DNA of 64,000 nucleotides, from the NCBI RefSeq assembly GCF_006345805.1, contig NC_043023.1, positions 496,001 through 560,000 of the forward strand, in the 5' to 3' direction. Made by a program: the position numbers and the translations under genes. Of this stretch, positions 35,957 through 48,833 are shown one piece after another; position 1 is the first letter of the stretch; every line of letters begins with the position of its first letter. Source of the stretch: Octopus sinensis. Its lineage: Eukaryota. The notes below the pieces were generated by a model. That model searched no databases. It was not told the DNA's origin and worked only from the letters and a program-made list of their open reading frames with translations.

Positions 35957-36361
35957 ATAAACTATAATAATCAGACAGATATAATGCTGTTTACAATGAT
36001 TCCCATCTCAAATGGAAACGGTACTGACAAACACAGCTAATACCATTTGATCGAAGTGATAAGACATGGAATGGAACTCAAAGATTAATGGTTCCAAACA
36101 AACCATAAAAGATTAATAAAGAATATATGAAATGGCCCTAATAGAGACGAGGAATCGGGAGGGAGTGGGAGATAGAGAGATATAGGTGGTGAGGGGCAGG
36201 TGAGGTGGGAGAAGTGTAGATGGGAGAGAGTGGGAGACGGGGTGTGGGGGATGTGAAGAGGGGGAGTGAGTGGATGGTTGAGTTAGTCGGCCGAGTTAGA
36301 ATTGGTGTATACTGAACCGTGTGTGTATGCCACGCGGCAATTGTATCTATCTATCTATCTA

Positions 36362-36396
<35 letters not shown>

Positions 36397-36536
36397 ACGT
36401 ACTAAATATGCGTATATAACAGTTTCTGTGTATGTATGTGTATACATATGCATATATGTATCTATGCATATATAGATATTTATGCATAAATATGAATATA
36501 TACATATATATACATATAAATATATATACATATGTA

Positions 36537-36593
<57 letters not shown>

Positions 36594-36627
36594 TGTATGC
36601 ATGCGCGCGCACTCACATATGTATGTG

Positions 36628-36665
<38 letters not shown>

Positions 36666-36869
36666 CACATATGTATGTATATATATTTATAGATACATAT
36701 ATATACACACCAGCAGACATAAACATGTCAGTGTATATATGCATTATATACACGTGATATATGTTATTCACGAAGCTCTTAGTCACAGAGCCACCTTTGT
36801 AGCATCTGCCGATTAAAAACGAAGGGAATTACGAGTATATATATATATATTATACGTGTATATATTGTG

Positions 36870-37310
36870 TAAGTGGCGCAGGAGAGGGTGTGCGGTAAGA
36901 AACTTGCTTCTCCACCACATAGTTCCGGGTTCAGTCCCACTGTATGTCTTCTACTATAGCCTTCTACTTTGGATTTCGTAGATGGACACTGAAAGAAGCC
37001 CGTCGAATATATGTATGTGTGTTCGTGCGTGGGTTTGTATGTGCATGTATGTACTTGTTTTGTGTGTGCATGTATGTACTTGTTTTGTGTGTCTTTGTGT
37101 CTGTGTTTGATTCTTCCCTATCACTCGACAACCGATCTTGGTGTGTTTACATCCCCGTAACCTAGCGGTTCGGCTTGATGGATTAAGTACCAGGCTTACA
37201 ACGAAAAGTCCTAGGGTTGATTTCTTCGACTAAAAGTCGGGGCACCAGCCTGTTGTGCAGATATGGTACCAGCATAGCCGCAGTCAAATGATTGAAACAA
37301 GTAAGAGAAA
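36870..37310 (+). mobile_element. SINE family B, near full length with an internal deletion
   Basis: GTTCCGGGTTCAGTCCCACTG...GAAAGAAGCCCGTCG...CCGCAGTCAAATGATTGAAACAAG. Confidence 0.85.
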
Positions 37311-37321
37311 TAAAATGACAA

Positions 37322-37354
<33 letters not shown>

Positions 37355-37359
37355 TTATT

Positions 37360-37700
37360 CTTTGTTTATTCTTCATAATCTAAAAATAGAATTCCCATTT
37401 ATAGATGCAAGTTTATATAGGGATGACGGCCTTATAGCCACGCATAATCTAAACGGCCATGAATCAGATAGACTTAGGAAGGACCTTATTGCTTTCTTTC
37501 AAAGGATGTGCTTACGGGTTACAATAGATGCTAACCTGAATAGTGTAGATTTTAGAGCACACAGGAATAATTTTAAATGCAAACTTTGCCTATTAGAGAA
37601 ACTGTATATTTTATTCAAAGACAATAATTCTTTGAATCAATTCTTTGAAGTGAGCTAATGAACTTATGTAGACACGCAACCAAATTTAAAATGTCAAATA
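37360..37700 (+). mobile_element. Penelope-like element, internally deleted (RT catalytic motif fused to GIY-YIG C-terminus)
   Basis: SLYRDDGLIATHNLNGHESDRLRKDLIAFF...ITIDANLNSVDF-like RT segment joined to CKLCLLEKLYIL...NSLN...CRH..KFK. Confidence 0.85.
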
Positions 37701-38894
37701 TAAATATACCATATGGATAGAGTATATATTTTGTCTTTTTGATTTTTGAAATTTTGATTTTGACTCTTGGACTAGTATGTAAACGCGACAATGGATTTGT
37801 TTTGCGCTATCCAGATTTCATTACGTATAGCAAAGTCTCATGCATATATTTTGTTTATTTTGTTTATATTTCTACATATACATTAGGAAAAACCTTCGGC
37901 TTTGTTTATTTCATGTTATTGTATTGTATAGGATTACCTTGATTTTTAATTTATAGATGATCCAAAATAGGGTGTTATATTTTATATATCTTTCGTATAT
38001 TTTTCATTATTGCACTCACCATCTTTTTAAAAAGCAATGTTGTCAAAAATTAGAATTTTGATGTAAATATCTGTATAGCCATGGATATGTATTTGTAAGC
38101 ATGCGTCTCTGTGTATGTGTAGGTGAGCGTATGTTTGTGCTTAAGCACACACATACACGACTGTATGTGTATGTATCCATTCGAACTTGTGTGTTTGTAT
38201 ACTTGTCTTTATATATATGTCAATAACGCGGTTACACAGCTTGTATACATAATTTTTCTTATTTCGTTTTTTTCCCCACCCCTCCTTTTTCTTTTTTCCT
38301 TCCCCCTTATTCGTTCCTTTTTCTCTCTCTTCTTTTCTTTCGTTTTTTCTCTAACTGATACTGGTGCATACAACTTTACGTCCCCCTCACTTAAGCTTTA
38401 CTCCGTAAATAAGAAACGCTACATTAGCATCGATGATTTTAACTTGCGTGCGAGATAGATTGCGTACATATATGTATGCATGCATTTGTGTGTATATTTT
38501 ATATTTATATTTATACGTCTGTATATGTATGGCGTTTGCACGCATCCTTCTGTGTATGTTGATATATATATATGTACACTTTAATATGAATATGTATTGC
38601 AGTGTAATATTTATAATGCGTTTTAATTTCCATGCATTAATTATATTTCCTTCATTAACTTCAATATGTATTTTATTCAATGTAAGGTTTTTTCCTCGAA
38701 TTTTATAATTTTTATAATTTTTATAAATTTTTAATATATATATACATATATATTTTTGAGCTCATTTTTTTGTTTATCGCTCGAAGATTGTCCGTTATTT
38801 CTAAAGGGCCAATCAAACAAGTCCATTTTTTTAAAGGTGTAGCGTTTGTAAGAGTCTTGATTGAATTGATATATCGGTTCCATTCTAACAAAAA

Positions 38895-38932
38895 CTGTCT
38901 GATGAACGGCAACGAGAAACTCAGAGTAACAG
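38895..38932 (+). ncRNA. Minimal type-I hammerhead motif (GCAA-loop family)
   Basis: CTGT CTGATGA ACG GCAA CGA GAAA CTC A GAG TA ACAG; GUA cleavage triplet; 10.1-11.1 is an A.A mismatch. Confidence 0.7.
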
Positions 38933-38979
38933 ATTTTGTTGAATTTTCTGCTGCTTTAAATAAAGTATATATATATATA

Positions 38980-39140
38980 TATAAATACGACGGGCTTCAT
39001 TCAATTACCGTCTGCCAAATCCACTCAGAAGGGTCTGGTCTGTGAGAGTCTATAGTTAAAGACAGTTGCCCAACAGATCTGCCACGCAGATCCATGCTGT
39101 TTGAGAGAAAGCTTGTTACAACACAAGATAACCAGTGCCA
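38980..39140 (-). mobile_element. SINE family B, 5' part, degenerate
   Basis: ACGACGGGCTTC...CCAAATCCACTC. Confidence 0.7.
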
Positions 39141-39146
39141 TCTATG

Positions 39147-39178
<32 letters not shown>

Positions 39179-39309
39179 ATATATATATATATATTATATA
39201 TTATATATATATATATATATATAATCTGGAACTCGACTGAGGAAAGAAAACTCCGAATGACCCGTCCTTGTTTTCTTTGTATCGTCTATCACTTTTGCAT
39301 TCTTATCCC

Positions 39310-39515
39310 ATTTCGCCGAGCGAAATGCATAACCGTATTTTGTCTGTCATTACGTTCCGAGTTTAAATTCCGCCGAGGTCAACTTTGCCTTTCATCCTTT
39401 CGGGGTCGATGAATTAAGTACCAGTTACGCACTGGAGTCGATGTAATCGACTTAATCCCTTTGTCTCTCCTTGTTTGTCCCCTCTATATTTACCCCCTTG
39501 TGGGCAATAAAGAAA
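39310..39515 (+). mobile_element. SINE family A
   Basis: CCGAGTTTAAATTCCGCCGAGGTCAACTTTGCC...CCTTGTGGGCAATAAAGAAAT. Confidence 0.88.
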
Positions 39516-39759
39516 TATATATATATATACATATATATATGTATGCATAAATATATATATGTATATGTATGTATATACACACATATATACATGTGTGTAT
39601 ATATATATATATACGGTGGTTGTCTACTCCTTATGCAGTTTTTGACCACGTACTCTACCTTCACCTTAGAACCATCATGCCATCTGATGTGGCTTTTAAA
39701 CCAGACAATGTTTGGAATAACACCCACATAGATTGCATATCCGATTTGGACCACCAAGA

Positions 39760-39960
39760 ACTGCAGTTAAATTCTAATCTTTCTGGATCTTAAAATGTCT
39801 TTTGAAACCTCCGTTAGATTTGTAGATTTCTTGCACACATTGCGTTGAAAAGTGTACACAGACATACAGGCAGAAAATTTGGTGGAGAATCGCTTTCCAT
39901 GGCTTCCCAAATGAGATTTGAGCGCAGGTTGCTCTTGAGTGCTACTGGTAACATGTAATC
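39760..39960 (-). pseudogene. Degenerate tandem C2H2 zinc-finger coding relic, probably a LINE ORF end
   Basis: With one frameshift reads ALKSHLGSH...YTFQRNVCK(K)IYKSNGGFKRHFKIQKD. Confidence 0.4.
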
Positions 39961-40126
39961 CAGTACAACCTGTTTCATGGCTGGGTCGTCCGTAACGAAA
40001 CTGGCAAACCCACTAACTTTGCTTGGTGAGGAGGGTGATTGTTGGAATTCCTGCGGGAGGAACACATGCATATATGATTTCTTTATTACCCATAGAGGGC
40101 GACAGGACACATGCATATATATGTAT

Positions 40127-40735
40127 GTACGAAGTGAATCCAGCATGTGCCCCTTGCTTATACATTCTAATTTTTCAAATCTACCGCGCAAGCGCATTTT
40201 TTTTGTTGGCAGCAAAAAAGATGCCAGCAATTTCTTCGAACGATTTTCCACAAATCATTATACATAATTAATAATATCAGGGTAACAAAGATTTTAGAAA
40301 TTTTTATTACCAGTGGCCTAGCGTATAGAAAAATTAGTCAATAGACTATATATTATTCATATAAAATACAGTGTACATTTAAACACATTATGAGGTGTCC
40401 ATCATAGGACTCCCTTATGCTAGAAGGAACAGCTAAAATTCTAACCACTAATTAGGGATAAAATCTCGAAGGGGCTGAAAAATTTGAATGTATAAGCAAG
40501 GGGCACATGCTGGATTCACCTCGTACTTATATGTTTAATCTTGGCATACCTGTTGATGAAGACTTCACCTGGCAAATTATTTTATTTGCTAAAAAAAGTC
40601 AAACCATGGTCCAGGAAATAGATGGTAAATGTTTTTATTTTTCATCCCTAATTAGTGGTTTGGACTTTAGCTGTTCCTTCTAGCGTAAGAGAGTCCTATG
40701 AATGATACATCTTAATGTGATTAAATGTAACCTGA
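40127..40735. repeat. Interleaved inverted repeats A..B A'..B'
   Basis: A ~40127-40190 pairs with A' ~40475-40526; B ~40372-40462 pairs with B' ~40638-40730. Confidence 0.85.
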
Positions 40736-40849
40736 ATTATATATATATGTATATAAAATATTATTAGAGACTAAAACCACTATTTTGCAAAACAAACAAG
40801 GAAAGACTTAATCAATACATAAAATTTTAATAAATAGTCAAAAAAACCG

Positions 40850-40892
40850 CCACTACAATTGTTTCTTGTCTTGATCGACAATCTTCAGGTGG
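40850..40892 (-). ncRNA. Minimal type-I hammerhead motif, intact
   Basis: Minus strand: CCAC CTGAAGA TTGTC GATCAA GACAA GAAA CAATTG TA GTGG. Confidence 0.82.
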
Positions 40893-40922
40893 ACTTCCAA
40901 TAAGTCAGTATATATATATATG

Positions 40923-41015
<93 letters not shown>

Positions 41016-41119
41016 TATATATAGTAATAATATATATATATATTCATTTAGAGATAGTAGGTCCCTTCATCCCACCATATAAAAGAATTTTAATTTAAAT
41101 ACTTACTACTTTATAACTT

Positions 41120-41214
41120 GGCTACACGTGTTTCTTGAGATACATTTACCGGTTCCTTAACCACGCCGCATTTTGCTGGAACCATTCTTAAAATATAACC
41201 TCAATCATCAGGCC
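41120..41214 (-). ncRNA. Type-I hammerhead motif with a long helix II, intact core
   Basis: Minus strand: GGC CTGATGA TTGAG..GGTTCC..GGAACC..CTCAA GAAA CACGTG TA GCC. Confidence 0.75.
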
Positions 41215-41309
41215 TCCAAATAACTTTATCATAGTTTGATACTATAAACTATATTTTAATTTGAACTCCTGTTATGCCGGAATTTTGATTCCCTAACAAA
41301 TAAAATCAA

Positions 41310-41343
<34 letters not shown>

Positions 41344-41551
41344 GTACATGTATACAAAGACGATACAATCGTAATAAGAGGAAGATGATGATGACGCTGC
41401 TGATAATGACGATGGTGGTGGTAGCTGTGTTGGTGGTTGTTGTGGTGGTGGTTCTGCTGTTTCTGGTGATGTGTAGCAATCAAATGTTTGACAAACACTA
41501 ACGTCTATGTGGGTGTGTATCTGATAGACAAACATAAATAAGACACCGGCT

Positions 41552-41582
<31 letters not shown>

Positions 41583-41872
41583 CACACACACACACACACA
41601 CATACACACACACACTTATACACACAGATTTATATATATGTACATATGTATGTATGAATGCATACACATATACAGTATAATACATACATACGTCCAGGTA
41701 CACACACAGCTATATAATATATATATATATGTGTATATAATATGTATATATATATATATAATATATATATATGTATATATATATGTGTATGTATATATAT
41801 GTGGTGTATATATATATATATATATTATATATATATATATATATATGTATGTATATATATGTGTGTGTATAG

Positions 41873-41904
<32 letters not shown>

Positions 41905-41909
41905 GTGTG

Positions 41910-41960
<51 letters not shown>

Positions 41961-42557
41961 ACATACATATATACATACATATATCTTAATGTATTTGTAT
42001 GTGATAGTGTCAAAGCCGTTTACAATCTTACAGTACAAAAAAGAGAAACCGATTCACATCCCGCCAACCACCACCGCCGCCATCGCTAGTCCGTCACCGC
42101 CACCTTAGCTATATAAACAGATTGATATCTTTACGGCTGTATATATCACTTGTCTTTGGCGCTGTTTATACCATAGAACTATGGAAGCCTGCAAGCGTCA
42201 AGGGCTTACTGGCTTCTTTATATGTTGGCGCTTAAAACGAGTCAGCCATCCATCTGGGCGCTTTTCATCGTGGTTTGAATATCTTTTCCGTTTTCGTCTT
42301 GGAATAGAAGTTCTCTAGCATAGAAGAGAAAGTCTGTCTGTGGTGTGATTTGAGAGACATTTGGTTGCTATTTTCAGCAAGTCAAGCATTTGTGTAGGTT
42401 TCTAAATTGATGGTTGATACTCCTACCTCATTCTCTACCTAGCTACCTAGCTACCTACCTACCTACCTACCTACCTACCTACCACATACATACATACATA
42501 CATACATACATACATACATACATACATACATACATACATACATACATACATACATAC

Positions 42558-42797
42558 GTACCTGATATAATGACTTGGGATAGAGAAGAGAAACTGTGCA
42601 CAGTTGTGGAAATCAGCTGCCCAGCAGATGTTAACACAAAGCTGAAGATCAGTGAAAAAGAGAACACCTGTGCTGAACTATTGAGAAATCTGCAGTTACT
42701 CTATCCAGATTACAAGTTCAGGTTTTTACCTGTAAATATTGGGGTTCTAGGATATATAACACACTGCCTGAATACCAATCTTGAGAAATTAGGCTTC
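42558..42797 (+). mobile_element. R4-like RLE endonuclease fragment, open frame
   Basis: PDIMTWDREEKLCTVVEISCPADVNTKLKISEKEN...LQLLYPDYKFRFLPVNIGVLG (PD..E..K RLE motif); starts directly after (TACA)n. Confidence 0.88.
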
Positions 42798-43189
42798 ATC
42801 CTTTCGGAGTCGATAAATTAAATACCAGTTACGCTCTGGGGGTTGATGTAATCGATTTAATCCCTTTGTCTGTCCTGGTTTGTCCCTTCTGTGTTCAGCC
42901 CCTTGTGGGCAATAAAGAAATAAGAACATATTTTTTCCACACAATAATATCTGGCCGGTTGTGTTTTAACTTGGCGGCTGTTTTAATTTTTTCTTAATAC
43001 GTATGAATATCGTTTTTTTTAATCAATTAAATTTCTCCTCTGAGGAGAAAGCTAATTCGAAGACTACAGATCCAATCCATCACTGGAACTGTAAAAATGT
43101 GTAAAATTTTCCACAAGTTTATCATTTAAATACATTTGAGCATATCTAGATATGTAACTATATGCATGAGAATACATATATAAAGCAAA

Positions 43190-43853
43190 ACATACAAATC
43201 TGCACATATACATATATACATACATACATGCATGCATACATACATACATACAAACAAATAATACCATACATACGTACATACATACAGACATACATACATA
43301 CATATAATACATACATCCATACATACATACGTACATACATACATACATACCATACATACATACATACAAACATACAGACATACGTACATACATACGTACA
43401 TACATATATACATACATACATACATACATACATACATACATACATACATACATACATACGTACATACATACATACATACATACATACATACATACAAACA
43501 TACATACATACGTACATACATACGTACATACATACATACATACATACATACATACATAATACAGAATACATACATACATACATACATACATACGTACATA
43601 CATATATACATACTACATACATACATACATACATACAACAACAAACATACATACATACGTACATACATACGTACATACATATATACATACATACATACAT
43701 CAACATACATACATACATACATACATACATACATACATACATACATACATACATACATGCATGCATACATACATACATACATACATGCATGCATACAACA
43801 TACATACAAACATACATACATAACATACATACATACATACACAAACATACATA

Positions 43854-43884
<31 letters not shown>

Positions 43885-43930
43885 CATACATACATACATA
43901 CATACATACATACATACATACATACATACA
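43190..43930. repeat. (TACA)n array
   Basis: Direct tandem. Confidence 0.95.
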
Positions 43931-44215
43931 AACGTTAATACCCTGTTGCTGATGTTAAAATTCCAATGAAGGAATCTTGGATCTAGGTTAAAAACCGATT
44001 CTTTATTGGTAATAAATCTTGAAATAAACTGGATAATGACATATATACGTGTCTAAGTGTCAGTCTGCATAAATTTAGATTTTCAGAATAGGAAATCAAC
44101 CAACGGATTCGCACATTACAAATGCAGCCTGTAAGCGGAGCAGTAAAAGTATGCAAGACTTTTCTCAAGTTCAAAACGTGACAATATTTTGTTATTTATA
44201 TTCCATTGATGGATC
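43931..44215 (+). mobile_element. R4-like RLE retrotransposon 3' fragment
   Basis: ...RFSE.EINQRIRTLQMQPVSGAVKVCKTFLKFKT*; starts directly after (TACA)n. Confidence 0.75.
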
Positions 44216-44366
44216 TTTGTATCTTTGTTAGGGACCAGCTCCTTCCTCAGAGGAGAAATTTAATTGATTAAAAAAAAAACGATATTCCTACGTATTAAGA
44301 AAAAATTAAAACAGCCGCCAAGTTAAAACACAACCGGCCAGATATTGTTGTGTGGAAAAAATATGT

Positions 44367-44603
44367 TCTTATTTCTTTATTGCCCACAAGGGGCTGAACA
44401 CAGAAGGGACAAACAAGGCCAGACAAAGGGATTAAATCGATTACATCAACCCCCAGAGCGTAACTGGTATTTAATTTATCGACCCCGAAAGGATGAAAGG
44501 CAAAGTCGACCTCAGCGGAATTTGAAATCAGAACGTAACGGCGGACGAAATACCGCTAAGCATTTCGCCCGGCGTGCTAACGTTTCTACCAGTTCGCCGC
44601 CTT
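44367..44603 (-). mobile_element. SINE family A, full length
   Basis: Reverse complement of the 9315 copy. Confidence 0.92.
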
Positions 44604-44825
44604 AATATGATCTGTGGTAGAAATCAGTTTCCCTCTGAACACCAACAAAGAAAAATACGAGAGAAAGAGGACATCTATGGACTATTGATAAGAAATTTAC
44701 AAATCCAGTAACCAAGATGCTCGTCTACACCAAAATATGATTGAACTTGGGATGTTGGGAAGAAGAAAGGAATTCCTTAATTCATATGCTACAAATGAAC
44801 ATAACTGGGTCCAGAAAAAGTTGGG

Positions 44826-45394
44826 ATCTTTTCCTTTTGAACGGCAGACAATTTCTAGTTAACTAAACATTTTAAAACTTCGTATACTGGTAGAATGTGT
44901 CAAAATAAAACAGTCTAATTTTTCGAATTTTAACCAATCCTCTGCTCTCTTTTGAGCTAAAATTATTTGCTGCGTCTAAAACTGAGACAACATCCTGTAA
45001 CTAACCCTAAACCTCCCCCTAACCCTAACCCTAACCCTAATTTTTTTTTCTTAATTGTTAAATTAATTTAATTGTTACACGTGTAAAAAAAACTAAAGCA
45101 ATGGAATTAAATTAATTTAACAATTAAGAAAAAAAAATTTTAGGGTTAGGGTTAGTTACAGGATGTTGCCTCAGTTGCCGCAGCAAATGATTTTAGTTGA
45201 ATGGAGGTAATCGATTGGTTAAAATTGCCGAAATGCTCGGATTTTCAGACGAAATATCTTACAAACAATAGAATTTTCTCACTAAAACCAAGAGAAAATG
45301 ATGTTTTATAAACACATTCTACCAGTATACGAAGTTTAAAAGTGTTTAGTTAACTAGGAATTGTGTTGACGTCTGCCGTTCAAAAGGAAAAGAT
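44826..45394. mobile_element. Foldback/MITE-like element with nested inverted repeats and internal telomere-type hexamers
   Basis: Termini ATCTTTTCCTTTTGAACGGCAGAC / GTCTGCCGTTCAAAAGGAAAAGAT; (CCCTAA)4 at 45017-40 and (TTAGGG)2 at 45140-51. Confidence 0.85.
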
Positions 45395-46030
45395 ACAAAA
45401 TTTGTAAAACCTCAAGATTTAAAGGATGATAAATAAAACGAGATGTCCTGCACAACCAGCACAACCAAGTAGGAAGTCGGTCGAAATTAATTCTAAATTT
45501 TAAAAAAGGATGAGAACAAATACATATATACAAGTGAAGGTTGGCGGCAGGAGGGCATCCGGCCGTTGAAAACTCTGCCCCAACCAACTCTCATCTGATT
45601 CATTCTACTCTGAATAAGTAAACGTTAAAACGACGAAACCGGCAGCGATTTCGATGACGACGACGATGATGATGATGATGTAATGGCGTCGTTTATTTTT
45701 TATTTCTATTTAAGTTATTAGAAAAGCTTTCATAGTTCTTTGTCTCTTTGTTTTCTTTCTTTCAGCGTTCTGTGTGTGTGTGTGTAAAGGAAAAATGTAT
45801 TGTAAATAAACAACGACAGGATAAACAACGTACAACGTATACCGAGTGTACAACCGGACGGGAGACAAACACAGAAGGTCCTTAATTCTTCAGATGGTAT
45901 TACTCAGTTTCGCATCGTTAATGATAAGACTGAGAATTTCCCATACTTTGACACACACACATACGCACACGCACATACACAAACACACACACACACACAC
46001 ATACACACACACACACACATATATATATAC

Positions 46031-46410
46031 ACTCTTTTACTTGTTTCAGTCATGTGATTGTGGCCATGCTGCAGCACCGCCTTTAGTCGATCAAATCGAC
46101 CCCAGGACTTATTCTTTGTGAGCCTAGTACTTATTTTATCGGTTTCTTTTTCGCCGAACGGCTAAGTTACGGGTGCATAAACACACCAGCATCGGTTGTC
46201 AAGCGATGTTGGGGGGACAAACACAGATACACAAACACGCACATACATATATATATACATATATACGACGGGCTTCTTTCAGTTTCCGTCTACCAAATCC
46301 ACTCACAAGACTAAAACAGAAGATATTTGGCCAAGGTTTCACGCAGTGGGACTGAACCTGGAAAACGTGGTTGGGAACAAAATTTCTTATTACACAGCTA
46401 CGTCTGGGCC
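46031..46410 (-). mobile_element. SINE family B, near full length
   Basis: Matches the 8116 copy. Confidence 0.88.
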
Positions 46411-46522
46411 TATATATATAATATATATATATACCGGAGTAAGCACATGAATGTGAGACAAGGTGGAAAAAAGAGTACTCAAAAAACCAGAGGTAGAGTA
46501 ATATGCTATATTTCTAACAAAA

Positions 46523-46560
46523 CTATCCGACGAACAGGAACGAGAAACTCTGAGTACAGT
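46523..46560 (+). ncRNA. Degenerate hammerhead, homologue of 38895
   Basis: CTAT CCGACGA ACAGGAACGA GAAA CTC T GAG TA CAGT (U4 changed to C); both copies are followed by CTGCTGCTT..AATAAAG(TA)n. Confidence 0.5.
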
Positions 46561-46610
46561 TATTGTGATATTTCTCTGCTGCTTTTAATAAAGTATATAT
46601 ATATATATTA

Positions 46611-46661
<51 letters not shown>

Positions 46662-46689
46662 ATTATTATTATTATCATTGTCATTTACT

Positions 46690-47068
46690 TTTAATCTGCA
46701 TGTTTGATGCAATCACCTGCCGGGACACACCCAGCGCCCTAGGGCAAGTGAAGGTTAAGAGTTGTTGAAATATATCTGAAAGCTTGGGGAGGGGAAGTAG
46801 AGAAATATCTCCATGTAAACAAAAACACAAACATTTACATTGATAGGGTTTTTCTAAGGATGTGGGCAGTACTTGTTAGCACAATCTTTTGGATTTCCTT
46901 GAGACATGGTTTTCCAGGGATATTGTCTAGGTGTTCTGACATCCCTTTTTTATCATACCTAGGGCACTACAATAACAGGAACAGTTTTTGTTTTAAGATT
47001 CCACATCTTTTGTATTTCGATTCCAGGTCCTTATATTTACTAAGTTTGTCAAATTCCTTTAGAGAGGA
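46690..47068 (-). mobile_element. Dong/R4-like RLE retrotransposon 3' fragment in a (TAA)n tract
   Basis: KEFDKLSKYKDLE...QKMWNLKTKTVPVIV.ALGMIKKG...IPGKPCLKEIQKIVLTSTAHILRKTLSM*; flanked by (TAT)n on both sides. Confidence 0.85.
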
Positions 47069-47085
47069 ATGTATTATTATTATTA

Positions 47086-47131
<46 letters not shown>

Positions 47132-47157
47132 TTATTATTATTGTTATTATTATTATA

Positions 47158-47190
<33 letters not shown>

Positions 47191-47706
47191 ATTATTATTA
47201 TTATTATTAATGTCATATATACTACCCTGGCTGTTTGAAATATGTTCTGCAATCTGCAAGTTTGTGGTTTAATAATACTAAAAACTTATTCCATTCTCGT
47301 TCCCATTCTTGTAATTAATACTAAGTTTGTCGTTCTGCACAATAAAAAAAATTATTCTTTTTATGGGTTTTTAACTAACGTATTCATCTACTTTATAAAA
47401 CCAGAGTCTATTTGATTCTTAAAGTAAAGAGATATCCCTGGCTTGAGTATTTTAGGCGGATGGTAGTCTATGCCTTGCATTATGGTAGCTGGGTTTACGA
47501 CAGGGCTTTGTTAATATATTTCTAAACCAGGAAACGGGAAATGAGTAAATTCCTCCGCAAAGATAGATTAATAGAAGCGAAACCGTTCCCTAATTACGCA
47601 ACTACCCACACATTAAGAGATATAATAAATTATTGCGTGTGCGCATGTGTGAACGTCCACACACACACACATGTAGGTATAGATATATATGTAAAGATAT
47701 ACTTAG

Positions 47707-47737
<31 letters not shown>

Positions 47738-48211
47738 TGAGTAATGTGATATATATATATATATATATGTATATCTTTATATATATACATATAAACGCGT
47801 ATTGATTGACAGATAGAGAAATATACATATCTATATGTATATATGTATATATATATATGTGTCTATATACATATATGTATACATACACACACACATATAT
47901 ATATACATATACATCTTCTTAATATTTTTATAAGTACACATAAATACATATAGCTCTGTATTTATGTATATGTATATATGGCCTCATATATACATGCGTG
48001 TGTGTATTTATATATTTATTACGTATGTGTATGTATGTATGTGTATATACATATATATATACATATATGCATGTATATATATGTATATACATATATATAT
48101 ATATATCGGCGTACGTACACTTTGTTCTCTATATATATATATATATACATATATACAATATATATACATATTTATAGATATATATATATATATATATATA
48201 TTATATAATTA

Positions 48212-48249
<38 letters not shown>

Positions 48250-48635
48250 TAAATGATAATAATTACACACTTTATCTATTTCTGATTGTGTATATACACA
48301 AATATGATATGATCAGACGAAAGTAACGATTGCGCATACAGAAAAATATATGTATACATTCCCTACCCACCCACAGTCATACACACACATATCTGCTTGT
48401 ATGTATGTATGTATGTATGTATTTATCTGCGTATATGTATATATATAGGTAAGTGTATGAGCCAGTACAAATATATAGGCATATACAAATATATCTAGAG
48501 ATAAGACGGAACGTATATGCTTACGGAGTTGTCTAAATATTTACTTACGTAAGTTTGTGTGTATATATATGTGTATATACGGATGTATTTTTGTATGTAT
48601 GTACGTCTCTCTCTCTCTATCTCTCTCTGTCTCTC

Positions 48636-48693
<58 letters not shown>

Positions 48694-48784
48694 GATATAT
48701 ATATATTCGTATATTTATATTTGTATGTATCTATGTTGAATGTAATGTGGTTTCGGCAAATATACATACTAAAAACATATATAG

Positions 48785-48833
<49 letters not shown>

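Larger units (their letters stand above)
42795..44497. repeat. Inverted duplication, ~260-bp arms (SINE A tail + R4 fragment), ~1.2-kb spacer
   Basis: 42795-43053 is the reverse complement of 44237-44497 with few mismatches; the arm encodes KTAAKLKHNRPDIVVW. Confidence 0.92.

Noticed and set aside
39814-40251. 145-aa ORF as a host gene exon
   Set aside because: Runs through inverted-repeat sequence; the only recognisable motif (C2H2 relic) is in other frames with a frameshift; no splice sites supported
45017-45151. Ancestral telomere fusion site
   Set aside because: Only 4+2 hexamers, in end-outward orientation and inside the arms of a fold-back element
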